Shown piece after piece: positions 56,001 to 61,418 of a stretch of 64,000 nt of DNA. The notes under the pieces are model-generated. The model was not told the DNA's origin. It did no database searches and saw only the letters and a list, made by a program, of their open reading frames with translations. Both the position numbers and the translations under genes were made by a program. The DNA is from an uncultured Lachnospiraceae bacterium (GTDB taxonomy: Bacteria > Bacillota > Clostridia > Christensenellales > UBA1242): the NCBI GenBank assembly GCA_964541815.1, contig CAZIRI010000003.1, positions 156-64,155 of the forward strand, written 5' to 3'. Numbering within the stretch: the first letter of the stretch is position 1; each line of letters starts with the position of its first letter.

Positions 56001-56178
56001 AAGTTTTGATGGCACTTTTGGAGTCTTGACAACAGAAGCACAAATCATTGATGAAACACCAGTTTGGTATGTCATTTTGGCGGTTGCCGTTGGCATTGCA
56101 CTTGTTGTTTCAGTCATTGCGATTGTTCTTTTGGCAAAGAAACGAAAGAAATTTTTGGACGTTTATTCAACAAAATAA
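38068..56178 (+). CDS. Giant cell-surface protein (6,036 aa): signal peptide, N-terminal GLUG domain, long Ig-like/MBG(YGX)-like and Listeria-Bacteroides-type repeat regions, second GLUG module, C-terminal TM anchor
   Basis: Signal peptide: MKSKSIYTWIVAGVFALVGVLGFFSLQS. GLUG: FYGEFYGQGHYIYNL and repeated VGGLVG/IGGLVG. Listeria-Bacteroides repeats: KTGYTFGGW...LYAKWTANSY and IGHTFKGWKLNG...LTAEWEVNKY. MBG-like repeats: K(E/K/V)YDG...NY-x-L... C-terminus: PFNGTFNFNGYKINGI, then the TM helix VWYVILAVAVGIALVVSVIAIVLLA and KKRKK. The ORF is uninterrupted. Confidence 0.85.
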   Translation: MKSKSIYTWIVAGVFALVGVLGFFSLQSNKTDVFAEGESEQSSVGVNSTERGTVDVWDGTYSLSGVSAEMIYDGSAVNKDYHIYTATDFAYFCAMVNGGLDSGYADYSGKKIYLETDIDLNGNEWTPIGSNLAFYGEFYGQGHYIYNLKVSSNTSSSYGLFGYVGASAIIDNVHLRNVDINCSKSSDNLYVGGLVGCFQGDMISNCSVYGKIAFSTSTTSGEPSIGGLVGIFEGSKLEKSKTFVDMNVSGGGDCRVGGVAGYVNHESVQLGQLSSRSNITLNSKVNCVGGIVGYFDASKDSKLSNSYNVGAISGSTNVSEIYIGGLVGYAITTNSDSTLSIDHVYNAGELSEDGKTGGLIGRQNANLNISQAMNLTEMSKGWLFGEESSDKSCKKKQVYYTYTPTFVYGDHLTESGSVTKTAQIYKNSDSGVANLSTHARQKSFYQNENFWDVYKESVTNDNVCGSTIWGLSSSINDSLPYLLNVQNVGLANADTNISGGSKPLGVGSFEKPYAIETAGDLVWMSLNYSNPDYSGKYFALQNDIDLSGKIFRSINGFSGVFDGNGFKISGLTFPLDGTTSTSLFSSTSDAVIKNLKVENVRYLSGTGTASLIDSSSNAYIYNVEGDKTIAITNNLTNDNVATINTNGGIIYKRTFDGSGYSDSVIRGELRYTTNSAVASLDQSFICDTLKKTSDISANNFKYYVVKTGYCASEISNTKVSWTAKTISVTLQYNKYEMVMYKEAGDNSPTEDKSVTKDIPYDSVLGLYCSDWFMDCDRDGGKYYVCGLYKDFGAASSYGKCFTNPLTCDTFVNDNFVDKTNDTTKTIYAKWMAVGDLADDQSFTFTVVIQKASGESGKFNNLAGKIESVTLTSSDTTTKFEYKPTDEDANAESLTCTFKIFTSSYSLSRDNYWTLNVALTEDGTKNLASTVSFEKGKFDEYYGGLLLDCYGSNFQGLNEVSLKELEITHILNLKNDEKVNIVLKKKEYTMNINISDNVYFAVAPQMISDYKSNAGETESSSNPSYTYQYYVATIGKGLGSGNQHVLMGDKTDKTKLNIGLDVRNKTFVDYQVGSGNATFVELRSGSLDLLSDFGTQGFVNDGECVILEVIYNNISEYFQYYCEITNSDTYYYFASAKMDENENIVTDKLIAKWTLSKSGEDWGGTLSYYAYSQFQVICAVSAEDADADNIIGEKNVCENLFSKYYGVSEETYKKVDAENTVGYFKLGYNIDDISFQNVIKEKDVVEYVKDNFELKAITGYTSIVFNYKMIVEDENGALTLNDNKYKIITDYAPTISDASNVLGKFSVVAEGATGTLDWNVTSSLMYQFADSAFVFETNVFVRDADGNEVTGPFSVDNDGPKYSSSLDNGSYDVYFLCVKTEYKVSGDVIFIQRTNKSTSVDLLDESNRVDLIKSGAQNLPTITINGTLTSKDSGNTYNYGYYDSTLSATTTMEGNQAFVFNGWYVVGCDENGDEEGKYLSGFGIYLANNSEWENIDLGDFYYLKADENTRKVVVSPEFKIYAVYILKEVTFDFERSGATLTTTNDSSLYVYKSSKAYQFSLTANSDAKYIAGYTLKNGTSEIATISFDWNVKDGNSYRASYGTGSSVITNFGTFVGFEDGNKLAEKFIINYIDEYLEKTSGLGENTTLTICPIVKNKKLNITFTSGGDKTEVLGDVFDNNGNNTTASSFEQTSEIDEEVSFVGKYNEKDTNYDDIFYKRTGYKKASISWNWSWKTSSGEASTPGNNLYLNGNKWTVTSIPFANSKDDELLIEIEVYVVWEAETYGISLKQDDVSARGTTYVTVTYDSGLNGKITAPQKTGYTFGGWMTTESGYVETTDENGKKIQTEAPCVIDENGNLIAGVAGYTNDKAYWIHANAVTLYAKWTANSYNITVNLNNSVEESSVAITTSIVYDQAFSTMTISDEEFEKLGVTKTGEFDIFTYLTKTLSRVGFTNKGLLTEKGRKITSDMTFKISMGEINLDEPSALNLYVKWEFDKTAFALSFTNPEVKTTYNGKEQTFGLGNFASGEGSYEATGFVINGNFTISLGDRVDISLAVKLSTESTAVLNQDDVTMKVTNTGTYEFSLQLTITDNAKYRCEDLTCEPINLTITVSPAELNWKFNDSTKESMWVNNICSLAEHFVSGNLTGCESISALVGELGEEITVTNDNKESVYNYLLVKYYNIATNYNNVEYKSWTYSNFSAENYTKLIAQMQFFDFYDLSEKSSTKTLDLGEYLVVSNESINETVGITRVEIVSNGTFTAQNEYELRAILNKSSASNFVVEEDANKNLYIVIGKLYMMPQFVKLSIGTKLSAFYNENIHTVDWKSGDSYGNGGEYYLASNGIYVSATITTSNSGSEENDTKFTFVDGVNYLKLSNVDVITENGLRVNKSVVIYIAPSDFYTILQVNFKRIYLSAQYLTKTDETYTTSRFGEDVVSNLFSLSVTYTAGGENEYTETDVIYNEWKTVTSEDETYDIRLYRIEADGTNGFVIYISDYVKSVQVKISETQLADYLALKNWYLGKNEIKYQSFSIGGAMSTEDEYTITNSKLVTTPINKIETAYCYAIYTDLTCVKYKTGFETGEHKDEYTTFVMKLKSSTKDDFDKHLPSQNGFVLDKTTVQENGKEYSSLFDENGVFDGVAGSRFSITLRFSWSIGKIAYEQTKKAISIEPNNTAQKISPSDIVSIASSQFAFTYKWKLLDDNNEAKAVGTNGTLTEDEKKISGVLTVDKSGNLIVKECGKYTLTVTAVLSEADAKKYSITLTTGKEQSFTVDFEVLKLKIASVKFENMESVIYSGSDHSSGLYATVGIYYASADGGYSASTKTKEFYYTANKESKNLAEKFYITKNEESFVQIVDAGTYNFELTFDENYYIVENDVVTTTTFVVQEKEIDLSKYTKSFEKVFNSNDTEMKGSILVGNMTVGLFYTRESGEDVGTYKLYLKDSETYKSNYKFTSGDIVLFTGGELQTLGNETSIGTFTIKPSGTLKISYNITSDFPATIKKEYDGKNYSVNVNSDLQMKIQSGSDVYKTIELVLYDDNSKKTIGQSKNDASDSEKEQTKEVLALIKSVFGNLSMRFADRSQGYANGVCDVGTYNYSFANTAISKYYQNVVFSDGYQFEIIKQNINFSTEKLDKVYDGENVSYFKTDGTLIGNSLGEYTGAYVRAEYSSSHAGEVSVTLTLAKNVDEVDIENYQLASTTVDATISKLAVSLQIELTKTSYVYGEVTSGDYEQLVKATTLNSGSGTSVNNLLGSGYYEYVYDVTMTNGSEVKTNGSRRLYVGNYTFSAKNSTFSDFDVTFQDKTFEITPYNYSLYVTNATFTNLATEAVAEELKYSMTVDSTGDSLDILFKAVDGEENDVRGKTVGAGNYKLVLLQTEYANGNVNVSLSNKDNTGLVIASTNLLYISIDGLSVDYDGQTHTLALNSDNALCLDNTPLTISYTNDKNESVDDADVVFTFAGLTQTNAGSYNFSMQITSDVYTNIVLKSKTFTINKKSVDASQFTTNLTKEYDGKSTLTFDTFSEKIGNDDVLVVAKFSNSTVGSDKTVELSLQGTASGNYVLSSKTCTGTITKASAIVTLKKTKYIYGEISEGRTLAYSVMANNVEIGSGQYKLMLAITSGQYSGAKYLKVGTYGISMTATSTNYKLALADNSTEIEVSPYALTINFTTSGLIEVFYASEESKSQTFAYTYTTAFGENIALTLGRDMVDRVLPVSAGYYRVTSCAISGESDYTISSFTDSSVSGAFKIKAEDKMIYLLASSEDSLTTISSTLNMTYDGKSYTSASLVANGNSFKLSIFTEENEEHSWTLNAYLLDGGVYKKQTITFENFESNLTLSGAVRDVANQRTITSDYILASNYSAITFGTTNQMIVSVGKKDVYFVSDNITKKFDYKEAIISLDSTALEGICDGDNVSVTVTLKNSSGIAIHRAVGLSVTAELIGDSENYTLHCTKSNGDKVSGEITPAEITVTIPSITVEYGKLKLESENDDFSQIVSYESDVEVPDSGIGLSLKIKSPQSSTSGYLKVGTYLFETSLNTSDFTVTFVYSGTTANDEEEVKCATIVVEQRNLAVTAESGSLLDIFSKKYDGTTDIEDEKKSNLGLSGILSVSSDTGEISDDVSIKDAKFASSEIDNGIHVVFELDGADKDNYLLQEWESGVISGYYVELAYVLQNEEALAIAGGYSELKNLLYPFKSKNTLTANSTTTKIAFPSNVTGKDGYTFGYWSLDLSGLSEDNFGTIVTYAGSLCKEKDKMLGKVKIAISNNSESVAFLDKLLKDENLGFYYKNPSAENHNSQSTADVTIKLNANWTKNSYEFKVVVNETYVASMKIKVNGTEQSGEDGKLLTSVTVDYDTSIVVELTMKDGCSITGTDDESRGGSIIQSSKTLTYTLSKISQKTTLTVTTTCKQVKIMVNLDNCSGAKIGFDKFSGTEWSVGYLDLGETTFADLNLSWTGRKLKEITALASSSTSQDSAQQTINVFSTKINTLISGDYDKYDTITITPTFELLSYTVTFVIGDGVKSETCELHFGDKYSSVGEDLWKNKTKIGHTFKGWKLNGDFLSDDDVIDENAIAIASEQGTITLTAEWEVNKYKVEVTAKHATVNGATERLEANGVYYGTEFKITIILEQGYDFGDKDALSKLGLLEYSFDEKDSKILYCTVKVEDKDVSIEVPVLSGTNKVTLSGANIDLTKTYAFKVVASDVEGEEDKEEQLYFIENDPSSFNMSTGDRIRIKASAKAGYKITNATVEGVDSITVIKESSGSQYIILIEGINQDVEVKFEMELLKNNVHIEIADTESVSLVSAQGINFLSTNNIRFEVKATQDLIVTIKFAHGYEFDKYELSENCEYSLTTTATTDDYVEVEMTISNIYADGTITILSKLSTYQVWLKSITYDANFNKSDAKDAQGGTVFFVDSPTTEMVTIEYKQSVKIGCTVKDNYNFAGWSVDGKTILSTDQEYIYVVENAVILYAIFSQTSYSVSLVSMNYYTIYSEYNDSDKLREEFNEANDLGGVFVDGEKEISDIKVSFGASKSLTYILPTGYRYYGYGYMVGETFTYVAYSDGSNKSKVEILIDTTIENFPKATNVKLCVVVTASSFEVSVSTAINVNGSIEQKSGVGATALVGEAGQSVNQYGYVDGTRVHYSSKNFVSGKLENAEQFKVIAYTGEAICLQVEAKREGYKFLNIVVDDSLKVENINSDNGKIIYKISGFVGGQSYSISVLFKPVLNNIKLNFMSDETVVDGGIITCYIDPDNKNKVFSSGSDYSSITVSAYSDSEFVVYAYVKNGFLLDENNISFVDEAGMVDKDSVEFVALNPAEKGYIGRVKFTVSNIRKNASISLKVTPKTFTVNLIENGTVLATIKNVKYNQAIDLQEANAGNIKLYTERITYKMGKLIFNFVDEEYTFDGFFTYENGAGVRYINAFGEVTSVWMENGYDYDELNSKYVLSENATVDENGDITISLFIYWSYMKTRFTFEIVPKVITDLTAKDFVSGVDYTNSWYYESATNYIEVSYNTNIHLIAPEIDGYKFYRYVISQRDENGTKLADVVSYSSDLPWSTNEIDKISECTVRVEYFAYINIIQKGGSGTYVITQDTNEANAQLLIKDGYVDTEKMFTIKATPDNGYTFVRWNNITLGKSWWDSEWENVKIERTSTFVMNFQGKRYSMLLTQTVGAREELYDTTYGRILNATITSIDGNELDYQFATYEDGVFTSLLTMAYVTIGDTVKFGVSVEYGFAVLWNFDNFMLTEVTDDMYYFSVAITADMVGEDGNIRIYPIIQNEILVIYITRELDQSQILDNTYDDNNIDTIGKITYRGVETDFASCTYGEEINLYTTVSERYAISSVTIKNYGKEIDALETYTKDLKILLSTEYLEQNGIVGTLQLKITYTRLFWTNIDGKPDFSGNGSEKTPYRIRSEEDLAMLSKLVSEGAVDRYGNKYADCSYTLMSTLNLSDKFWTPIGTKENPFNGTFNFNGYKINGIFSIFENEKTSFDGTFGVLTTEAQIIDETPVWYVILAVAVGIALVVSVIAIVLLAKKRKKFLDVYSTK
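46700..50540 (+). repeat. Array of MBG (YGX-type)-like beta-sandwich repeats within the giant protein
   Basis: Units of about 80-100 aa recur. They begin ...K(x)YDG(K/T/E/Q)... and end ...(G/D/S)NY(x)L...(I/V)(T/S)(K/P)(A/Y), for example KEYDGKSTLTFDTFSEKIGNDDVLVVAKFSNSTVGSDKTVELSLQGTASGNYVLSSKTCTGTITKA. The boundaries are approximate. Confidence 0.55.
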
Positions 56179-56223
56179 ATATTTTCAAATTTGAGAAAAT
56201 ATAAATAGAGCAAGGAGATAATT

Positions 56224-56982
56224 ATGGACATCCTTGCTTTATTTTTTTTGGGTGTTGTTCAGGGGCTTGCAGAATTTTTTCCAATTTCATCTTCGGGACA
56301 CCTTGTGCTGTTTTCAAAAATTTTTGGAATTCAAGAAGCACTTTTTGTGAGCGTAATTTTGCATGTTGCGACTTTGCTTTCAATTGTTGTTGTGATGAAA
56401 AAAGAACTTTGGCAAATAATAAGACATCCACTTTCGAAGCAATCAATTTTTATTGCACTTTCAACTGTGCCAACATGCATCATTGCTCTTGCAATTTTGC
56501 CACTTGTCAAATCGTCTTTTGGTGGGCAACTCTTGCCAATTTGCTTTATGATTTCTGCAATTTTGCTTTTACTTTCAACAAAGTTATCCACAAAAAATGT
56601 GGATAACCCACTTTCAATAAAATCAGTTTTGTGGATGGGAATTGCACAAGGATTTGCAGTTTTCCCTGGGGTGTCCCGCTCGGGAGCGACAATCTGCACG
56701 GGACTTTTTCAAGGTGTTGAGAAAATCGCTGTGACAAAATTTTCATTTTTGATGTCAATTCCAATCATCTTGATGTCGCTAGTTATGGAAGTCTATGAAT
56801 TGTTTTCAAACAATTTGGAAATTGATATTTCTTTCGTGGGAATGAGTGTTGCATTTGTTGTTGCATTTTTGCTTGGAATTTTTGCGATTAAATTTATGTT
56901 GAAGATAAATCAATCAAAGTATTTCAAATTTTTTGCAATTTATTTGGTTTTTATGGCGGTTTTGTCGCTGTTTGTCGTGTAA
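56224..56982 (+). CDS. uppP: Undecaprenyl-diphosphate phosphatase
   Basis: 252 aa. GLAEFFPISSSGHL and PGVSRSGATI motifs. Polytopic membrane protein. Confidence 0.9.
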   Translation: MDILALFFLGVVQGLAEFFPISSSGHLVLFSKIFGIQEALFVSVILHVATLLSIVVVMKKELWQIIRHPLSKQSIFIALSTVPTCIIALAILPLVKSSFGGQLLPICFMISAILLLLSTKLSTKNVDNPLSIKSVLWMGIAQGFAVFPGVSRSGATICTGLFQGVEKIAVTKFSFLMSIPIILMSLVMEVYELFSNNLEIDISFVGMSVAFVVAFLLGIFAIKFMLKINQSKYFKFFAIYLVFMAVLSLFVV

Positions 56983-56991
56983 GGAGGGTTT

Positions 56992-59601
56992 GTGAAAAAA
57001 GAATTTTATCAAAAAAGCGTAATGGAGTGCTTGCAAGAATTTTCTTCAAATGAAAAAGGTTTGACTGAAAAACAAGTCCAAGAAAGAATGTCGGAAAGTT
57101 TCAAATTCCTTCCAAAAAAAAGAAAGAAAATATCTTTTGCAAAAAGATTTTTCGCTCAAATAAAAGAACTGATGATTCTTGTTTTGTTGTTTTCAGGAGT
57201 TGTCTCCATTGTGATTGGAATTGTGGAAAACTCTTCAAGCGAAATTGTTGACGGGGGAATAATTTTTGCAATTGTTGTCATGAATGCACTCTTTGGAGTT
57301 TTTCAGGAAAGAAAAGGAGAAAAGGCGGTTGAAAATTTGAAAGAAATTTCCACTCCACAAACGCTGGTTTTGAGAGCGGGAAAAGTGAAGAAAATCAAAT
57401 CGGCTGAACTTGTCTTTGGAGATGTTGTTTGTTTGGAAACAGGGGAAATTGTGCCTGCTGATTTGAGGCTGATTGAATCGACAAATCTAAAAGTGAACGA
57501 ATCGGTTTTGACGGGTGAGAGTGAAGCGGTTGAGAAGTTTTCAAAATGTGAAATTCATGACACTATGCCACTTGCGGAGAGAAAAAACATGGCATATTGT
57601 GGAAGTGTTGTTGAGGGCGGACATGGGCTTGGGCTTGTCACAGCAATTGGCGTTGAAACTGAATTTGGGAAGATTGCTGAAAGTTTGAAAGTGACACAAA
57701 AAAGCAAAACACCTTTGCAGAAAAATATTCAATCTGTTGGGAAAGTTTTGACATATCTTATTTTGCTTATTGCGGGTGTGACATTTGCACTTGAAGTTGC
57801 TGTGAACCCTCAAAATATCATGACGGCATTTTTGACTGCGGTTGCAATTTCAGTCGCTGCAATTCCAGAAAGTTTGCCAGCGGTCATAACAATCATAATG
57901 AGTTTGGGTGTTGCAAAACTTGCAAAGAAAAAGGCAGTTGTCAAGCGATTGAATGCGGTTGAAACTTTGGGTTCTTGTGATGTGATTTGTTCTGACAAAA
58001 CTGGAACGATAACACAAAACAAGATGAAAGTTGACAAAATTTGCGTTTTATTTCAAAAAAATAGTGAATTTTTTGAGATTTTTCTATCTTGCATGATTTT
58101 ATGCAACAATTGCAAGGTTGGTGAAAGTGGTTTTGTTGGCTCTTCAACGGAAGTCGCCGTGAAAAATTATGCGACAAAAATTTTGAAAAAAGATTTCTCT
58201 TCGTGCAAAAGACTTGATGAAATTGAGTTTAATTCAAGCAGAAAAATTATGGCGACACTGAATCAATGTGGAGAAAAAAGAATTTGTTTTGTGAAAGGGG
58301 CTTTGGATAGAATTTTGTCCAAATGCACTCACTATGTGAGAGAAAATCAAATTTTGCCCCTTGATGAGAATGCGAAAAAAGAAATTTTGAAGCAAAACAA
58401 AATTTTGTGTGATGAGGGTTGCAGAGTTTTGTCTTTTGCATACAAAATGACAAGCGGGTTTCAATGCGAAACAAGCAATCTCATTTTTCTTGGAATGTGT
58501 GGCATTCAAGACCCGCCACGAAAAGATGTTTTGTGTGCTGTGAAAAATTGTCAAAAAGCGGGAATGAGGGTCTTGATGATAACGGGCGACCACAGAGACA
58601 CCGCTCTTTCTATTGCGAAAAAGGTCGGAATTGCAAAGTGTGAAAATGATGTTATTTCAGGGGAAGAACTTGACAAATTGACAGATGAAGATTTTTCAAA
58701 AATTGTTGAATATAAAACAGTGTTTGCCAGAGTTAGTCCCGAGCATAAGGCAAAGATTGTCACATTTTTGCAACAAAATGGGCATGTTGTTGCCATGACG
58801 GGCGATGGTGTGAATGATGCACCAAGTCTAAAAAAAGCGGATATTGGAATTGGAATGGGAAAAACTGGCACTGATGTTGCAAAAGATGTCTCCGATATGG
58901 TTGTGACGGACGACAGTTTTGTTGGAATTGTCGGCGCAGTAAAAGAGGGACGAAAAATTTACAGCAATATACAAAAGACAATAAAATATTTGTTTTCTGC
59001 AAATATGGCAGAGATTTTATCACTTTTTCTTGTGACAATTTTGTTTCCAAAATTCACTTTTTTGCTTCCCGTGCAAATTTTGTTTATAAATCTTATCACT
59101 GACAGTTTGCCCGCAATCGCACTGGGAACGGAAAATGTTGAAAAAAATGTGATGGAGCAAAGACCACGAAAGAAAAATTCAAATTTGTTTTCAGGTGGTG
59201 TGGGAGTTGAAATTGTTGTGCTTGGAATTTTGCAAACGGCACTCACAATGATTTCTTATGTGATTGGCTTGTCGATGGGCGGGGAATCACTTGCAATGAC
59301 AATGGCATTTTACACACTCAATTTGTTGCAACTGTTCTATATGTTCACCGCTCGCACGGAAGCAAGTTTATTTTCATCAAATCCGTTCAAAAACAATTTT
59401 TTCACATGTTCAATTTTTGTCGGCTTCGGGCTTTTGGCGCTTATGGCAGTCACAAGTTTTGGAGGGCTTTTGCGACTTGAAAAACTTGACCCTATGTGCT
59501 GGTTAATTGTGCTTCTTTTGTCATTATCAATCATTTTGTTTGGTGAAATCTATAAAATTGTCAAAAAAAGTGTTCAAAGAATGAATTGCATTAGAAAATA
59601 A
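56992..59601 (+). CDS. P-type cation (Ca2+-type, P2A) transporting ATPase
   Basis: 869 aa with a GTG start after AGGAGGG. TGES, phosphorylation motif CSDKTGTITQN, TGDHRDTA, and the hinge MTGDGVNDAPSLKKADIGIGMG. About 10 TM segments. Confidence 0.9.
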   Translation: MKKEFYQKSVMECLQEFSSNEKGLTEKQVQERMSESFKFLPKKRKKISFAKRFFAQIKELMILVLLFSGVVSIVIGIVENSSSEIVDGGIIFAIVVMNALFGVFQERKGEKAVENLKEISTPQTLVLRAGKVKKIKSAELVFGDVVCLETGEIVPADLRLIESTNLKVNESVLTGESEAVEKFSKCEIHDTMPLAERKNMAYCGSVVEGGHGLGLVTAIGVETEFGKIAESLKVTQKSKTPLQKNIQSVGKVLTYLILLIAGVTFALEVAVNPQNIMTAFLTAVAISVAAIPESLPAVITIIMSLGVAKLAKKKAVVKRLNAVETLGSCDVICSDKTGTITQNKMKVDKICVLFQKNSEFFEIFLSCMILCNNCKVGESGFVGSSTEVAVKNYATKILKKDFSSCKRLDEIEFNSSRKIMATLNQCGEKRICFVKGALDRILSKCTHYVRENQILPLDENAKKEILKQNKILCDEGCRVLSFAYKMTSGFQCETSNLIFLGMCGIQDPPRKDVLCAVKNCQKAGMRVLMITGDHRDTALSIAKKVGIAKCENDVISGEELDKLTDEDFSKIVEYKTVFARVSPEHKAKIVTFLQQNGHVVAMTGDGVNDAPSLKKADIGIGMGKTGTDVAKDVSDMVVTDDSFVGIVGAVKEGRKIYSNIQKTIKYLFSANMAEILSLFLVTILFPKFTFLLPVQILFINLITDSLPAIALGTENVEKNVMEQRPRKKNSNLFSGGVGVEIVVLGILQTALTMISYVIGLSMGGESLAMTMAFYTLNLLQLFYMFTARTEASLFSSNPFKNNFFTCSIFVGFGLLALMAVTSFGGLLRLEKLDPMCWLIVLLLSLSIILFGEIYKIVKKSVQRMNCIRK

Positions 59602-59649
59602 TGCAATTTTATTTTTGCTTTTTACATTTATTTATGTTAAAATAAAAGT

Positions 59650-60609
59650 ATGGATATAACGGAAGTTGTAAAAAAACAAGTTTTTTTTCAAAATTTAATC
59701 AAAAAAAGAGATGAAAATTTGCTGTCAAATGCAATATTATTTTTTTGCGAAGATAAATTCACAAGCAAGATTGTTTTGAATTTGACGGCTCTTATGATTC
59801 AATATCCAATGATGTTTGAACTTTTCAATGAAAACAGTGCTGAATACAAAAAAATTGAAAATGGAAGCGATTTGGACACAAAGGTTTATCCAAAGAATGC
59901 GGACAAGTTGCTTGTTTCCGATTCGAATGAAATCGTTTCTGAAAGTTATGTGAAACCTGTGAATTTGCCAAACAAAATTTTTGTGTTAAGAAATTTTGAT
60001 TCGTCAACGGAAGAAGCACAAAACAAATTATTGAAAGTTTTGGAAGAACCTCCAAAAAATGTATTTTTCTTGTTGAGCGCTCAAAGCGAAGACAAAGTCC
60101 TTTCGACAATCAAAAGTCGTTGCGACAAAATTTATATCAATGCATTTTCAAAAGAAGATATACAAAATTTTTGCCAAGACACGCTTGCTGTTATTTTGGG
60201 AAATGGGTTTCTTGGAAAAACTTTGGAACTTGAAAAGAATGAAAACCTGAAAAATGTTGTGCGATTTGCTGTCAGTCTGTTTTCAGAAATGAAAAACAGC
60301 AAGCAAGTTGTGAAATTTTCAAAAAAATTTTTGGATTTGAAAGGTGAAATGCAAACAATTTTGGAAGTGATGTCACTTTGCATTGAAGATATGATAAAAA
60401 TAAAGTGTGAAAGCGAAAATTTGTGCAAGTTGACACCTTTTTTACAAAATCTGAAAGATGTTGAACCAGAATTTTCTGTGTGGGCTCTTTGTGAAATATC
60501 TAAAAAAATTGAAAATTTGCTAGAAAAAATTGAATTTAATGCAAATTCAACTGTTTCCATAGACAATTTTCTGTTGGAAATTTTGGAGGTGAAATATTTA
60601 TGCAAGTAG
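59650..60609 (+). CDS. holB: DNA polymerase III delta' subunit-like protein
   Basis: 319 aa. LLKVLEEPPKNVFFLLSAQSEDKVLSTIKSRC is the clamp-loader sensor-1/SRC region. The Walker A is degenerate, as is usual for delta'. It lies upstream of ricT/yaaT, as in Bacillus. Confidence 0.7.
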   Translation: MDITEVVKKQVFFQNLIKKRDENLLSNAILFFCEDKFTSKIVLNLTALMIQYPMMFELFNENSAEYKKIENGSDLDTKVYPKNADKLLVSDSNEIVSESYVKPVNLPNKIFVLRNFDSSTEEAQNKLLKVLEEPPKNVFFLLSAQSEDKVLSTIKSRCDKIYINAFSKEDIQNFCQDTLAVILGNGFLGKTLELEKNENLKNVVRFAVSLFSEMKNSKQVVKFSKKFLDLKGEMQTILEVMSLCIEDMIKIKCESENLCKLTPFLQNLKDVEPEFSVWALCEISKKIENLLEKIEFNANSTVSIDNFLLEILEVKYLCK

Positions 60610-61418
60610 AAGTTGTTGGGGTGAAATTTCGAAACGGAAGTCATATCTACTCATTTTTAACAAACAATCTTGACATCAAAGTTGGTGATTATGTTGTTGT
60701 TGAAACGGAAAAGGGGTCTGATGTTGCAAGGGTTGTTGAAGAGAAAAAAATGGTCAATCCACTAAATTTTTCTTCGCCATTGAAAAAAATTGTGCAAGTT
60801 GCCAGTGATGAGATGATGAAAAAGGCAAAGGAATACAATGAAAATGCTGGGCAGTTGTTCAAAAAAGTGAGACAAATTGTGCAAGCGGAAAAATTGGAAA
60901 TGAAAATTGTGAATGTTGAGGCAAGTTTTGACAATTCAAAATACATCATAAATTTCACTGCGGATGGGAGGGTTGATTTTCGTGAACTTGTCAAAAAACT
61001 TTCATCGGCATTGAAAAAGAAGATTGAACTTCGTCAAATTGGGCCAAGAGATGAAGTGCGAGCATTGGGCGGATTTGGTGCTTGTGGAAAGGTGTGTTGT
61101 TGTGTTGAGGGGGTTGGAGATTTTGATCATGTTTCAATCAAAATGGCAAAAAATCAAAATTTGTCGCTCAATCCAAACAGCATAAGCGGACTGTGCGGAA
61201 AACTTATGTGTTGCTTGGCATATGAAAACCCTGTTTATCTTGAAGCATTGAAATTGATGCCAAAGGTTGGTTCGAATGTTTCAACAAAAGACGGAAATGG
61301 TGTTGTTATTTTCAATGATTTGTTGAAAAAAGAAGTTGATGTGAAGTTTGTCCGTGGCGATGATTTTGAAATAAAAACATATAAAGTTGAAGAAATTTCT
61401 TTCAAAAAGGGTGAATAA
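60600..61418 (+). CDS. ricT: PSP1-domain protein RicT/YaaT
   Basis: 272 aa. VVGVKFRNGSHIYSF...GDYVVVETEKGSDVARVV, and the Cys cluster GACGKVCCC...LCGKLMCCLAYE. Confidence 0.85.
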   Translation: MQVEVVGVKFRNGSHIYSFLTNNLDIKVGDYVVVETEKGSDVARVVEEKKMVNPLNFSSPLKKIVQVASDEMMKKAKEYNENAGQLFKKVRQIVQAEKLEMKIVNVEASFDNSKYIINFTADGRVDFRELVKKLSSALKKKIELRQIGPRDEVRALGGFGACGKVCCCVEGVGDFDHVSIKMAKNQNLSLNPNSISGLCGKLMCCLAYENPVYLEALKLMPKVGSNVSTKDGNGVVIFNDLLKKEVDVKFVRGDDFEIKTYKVEEISFKKGE

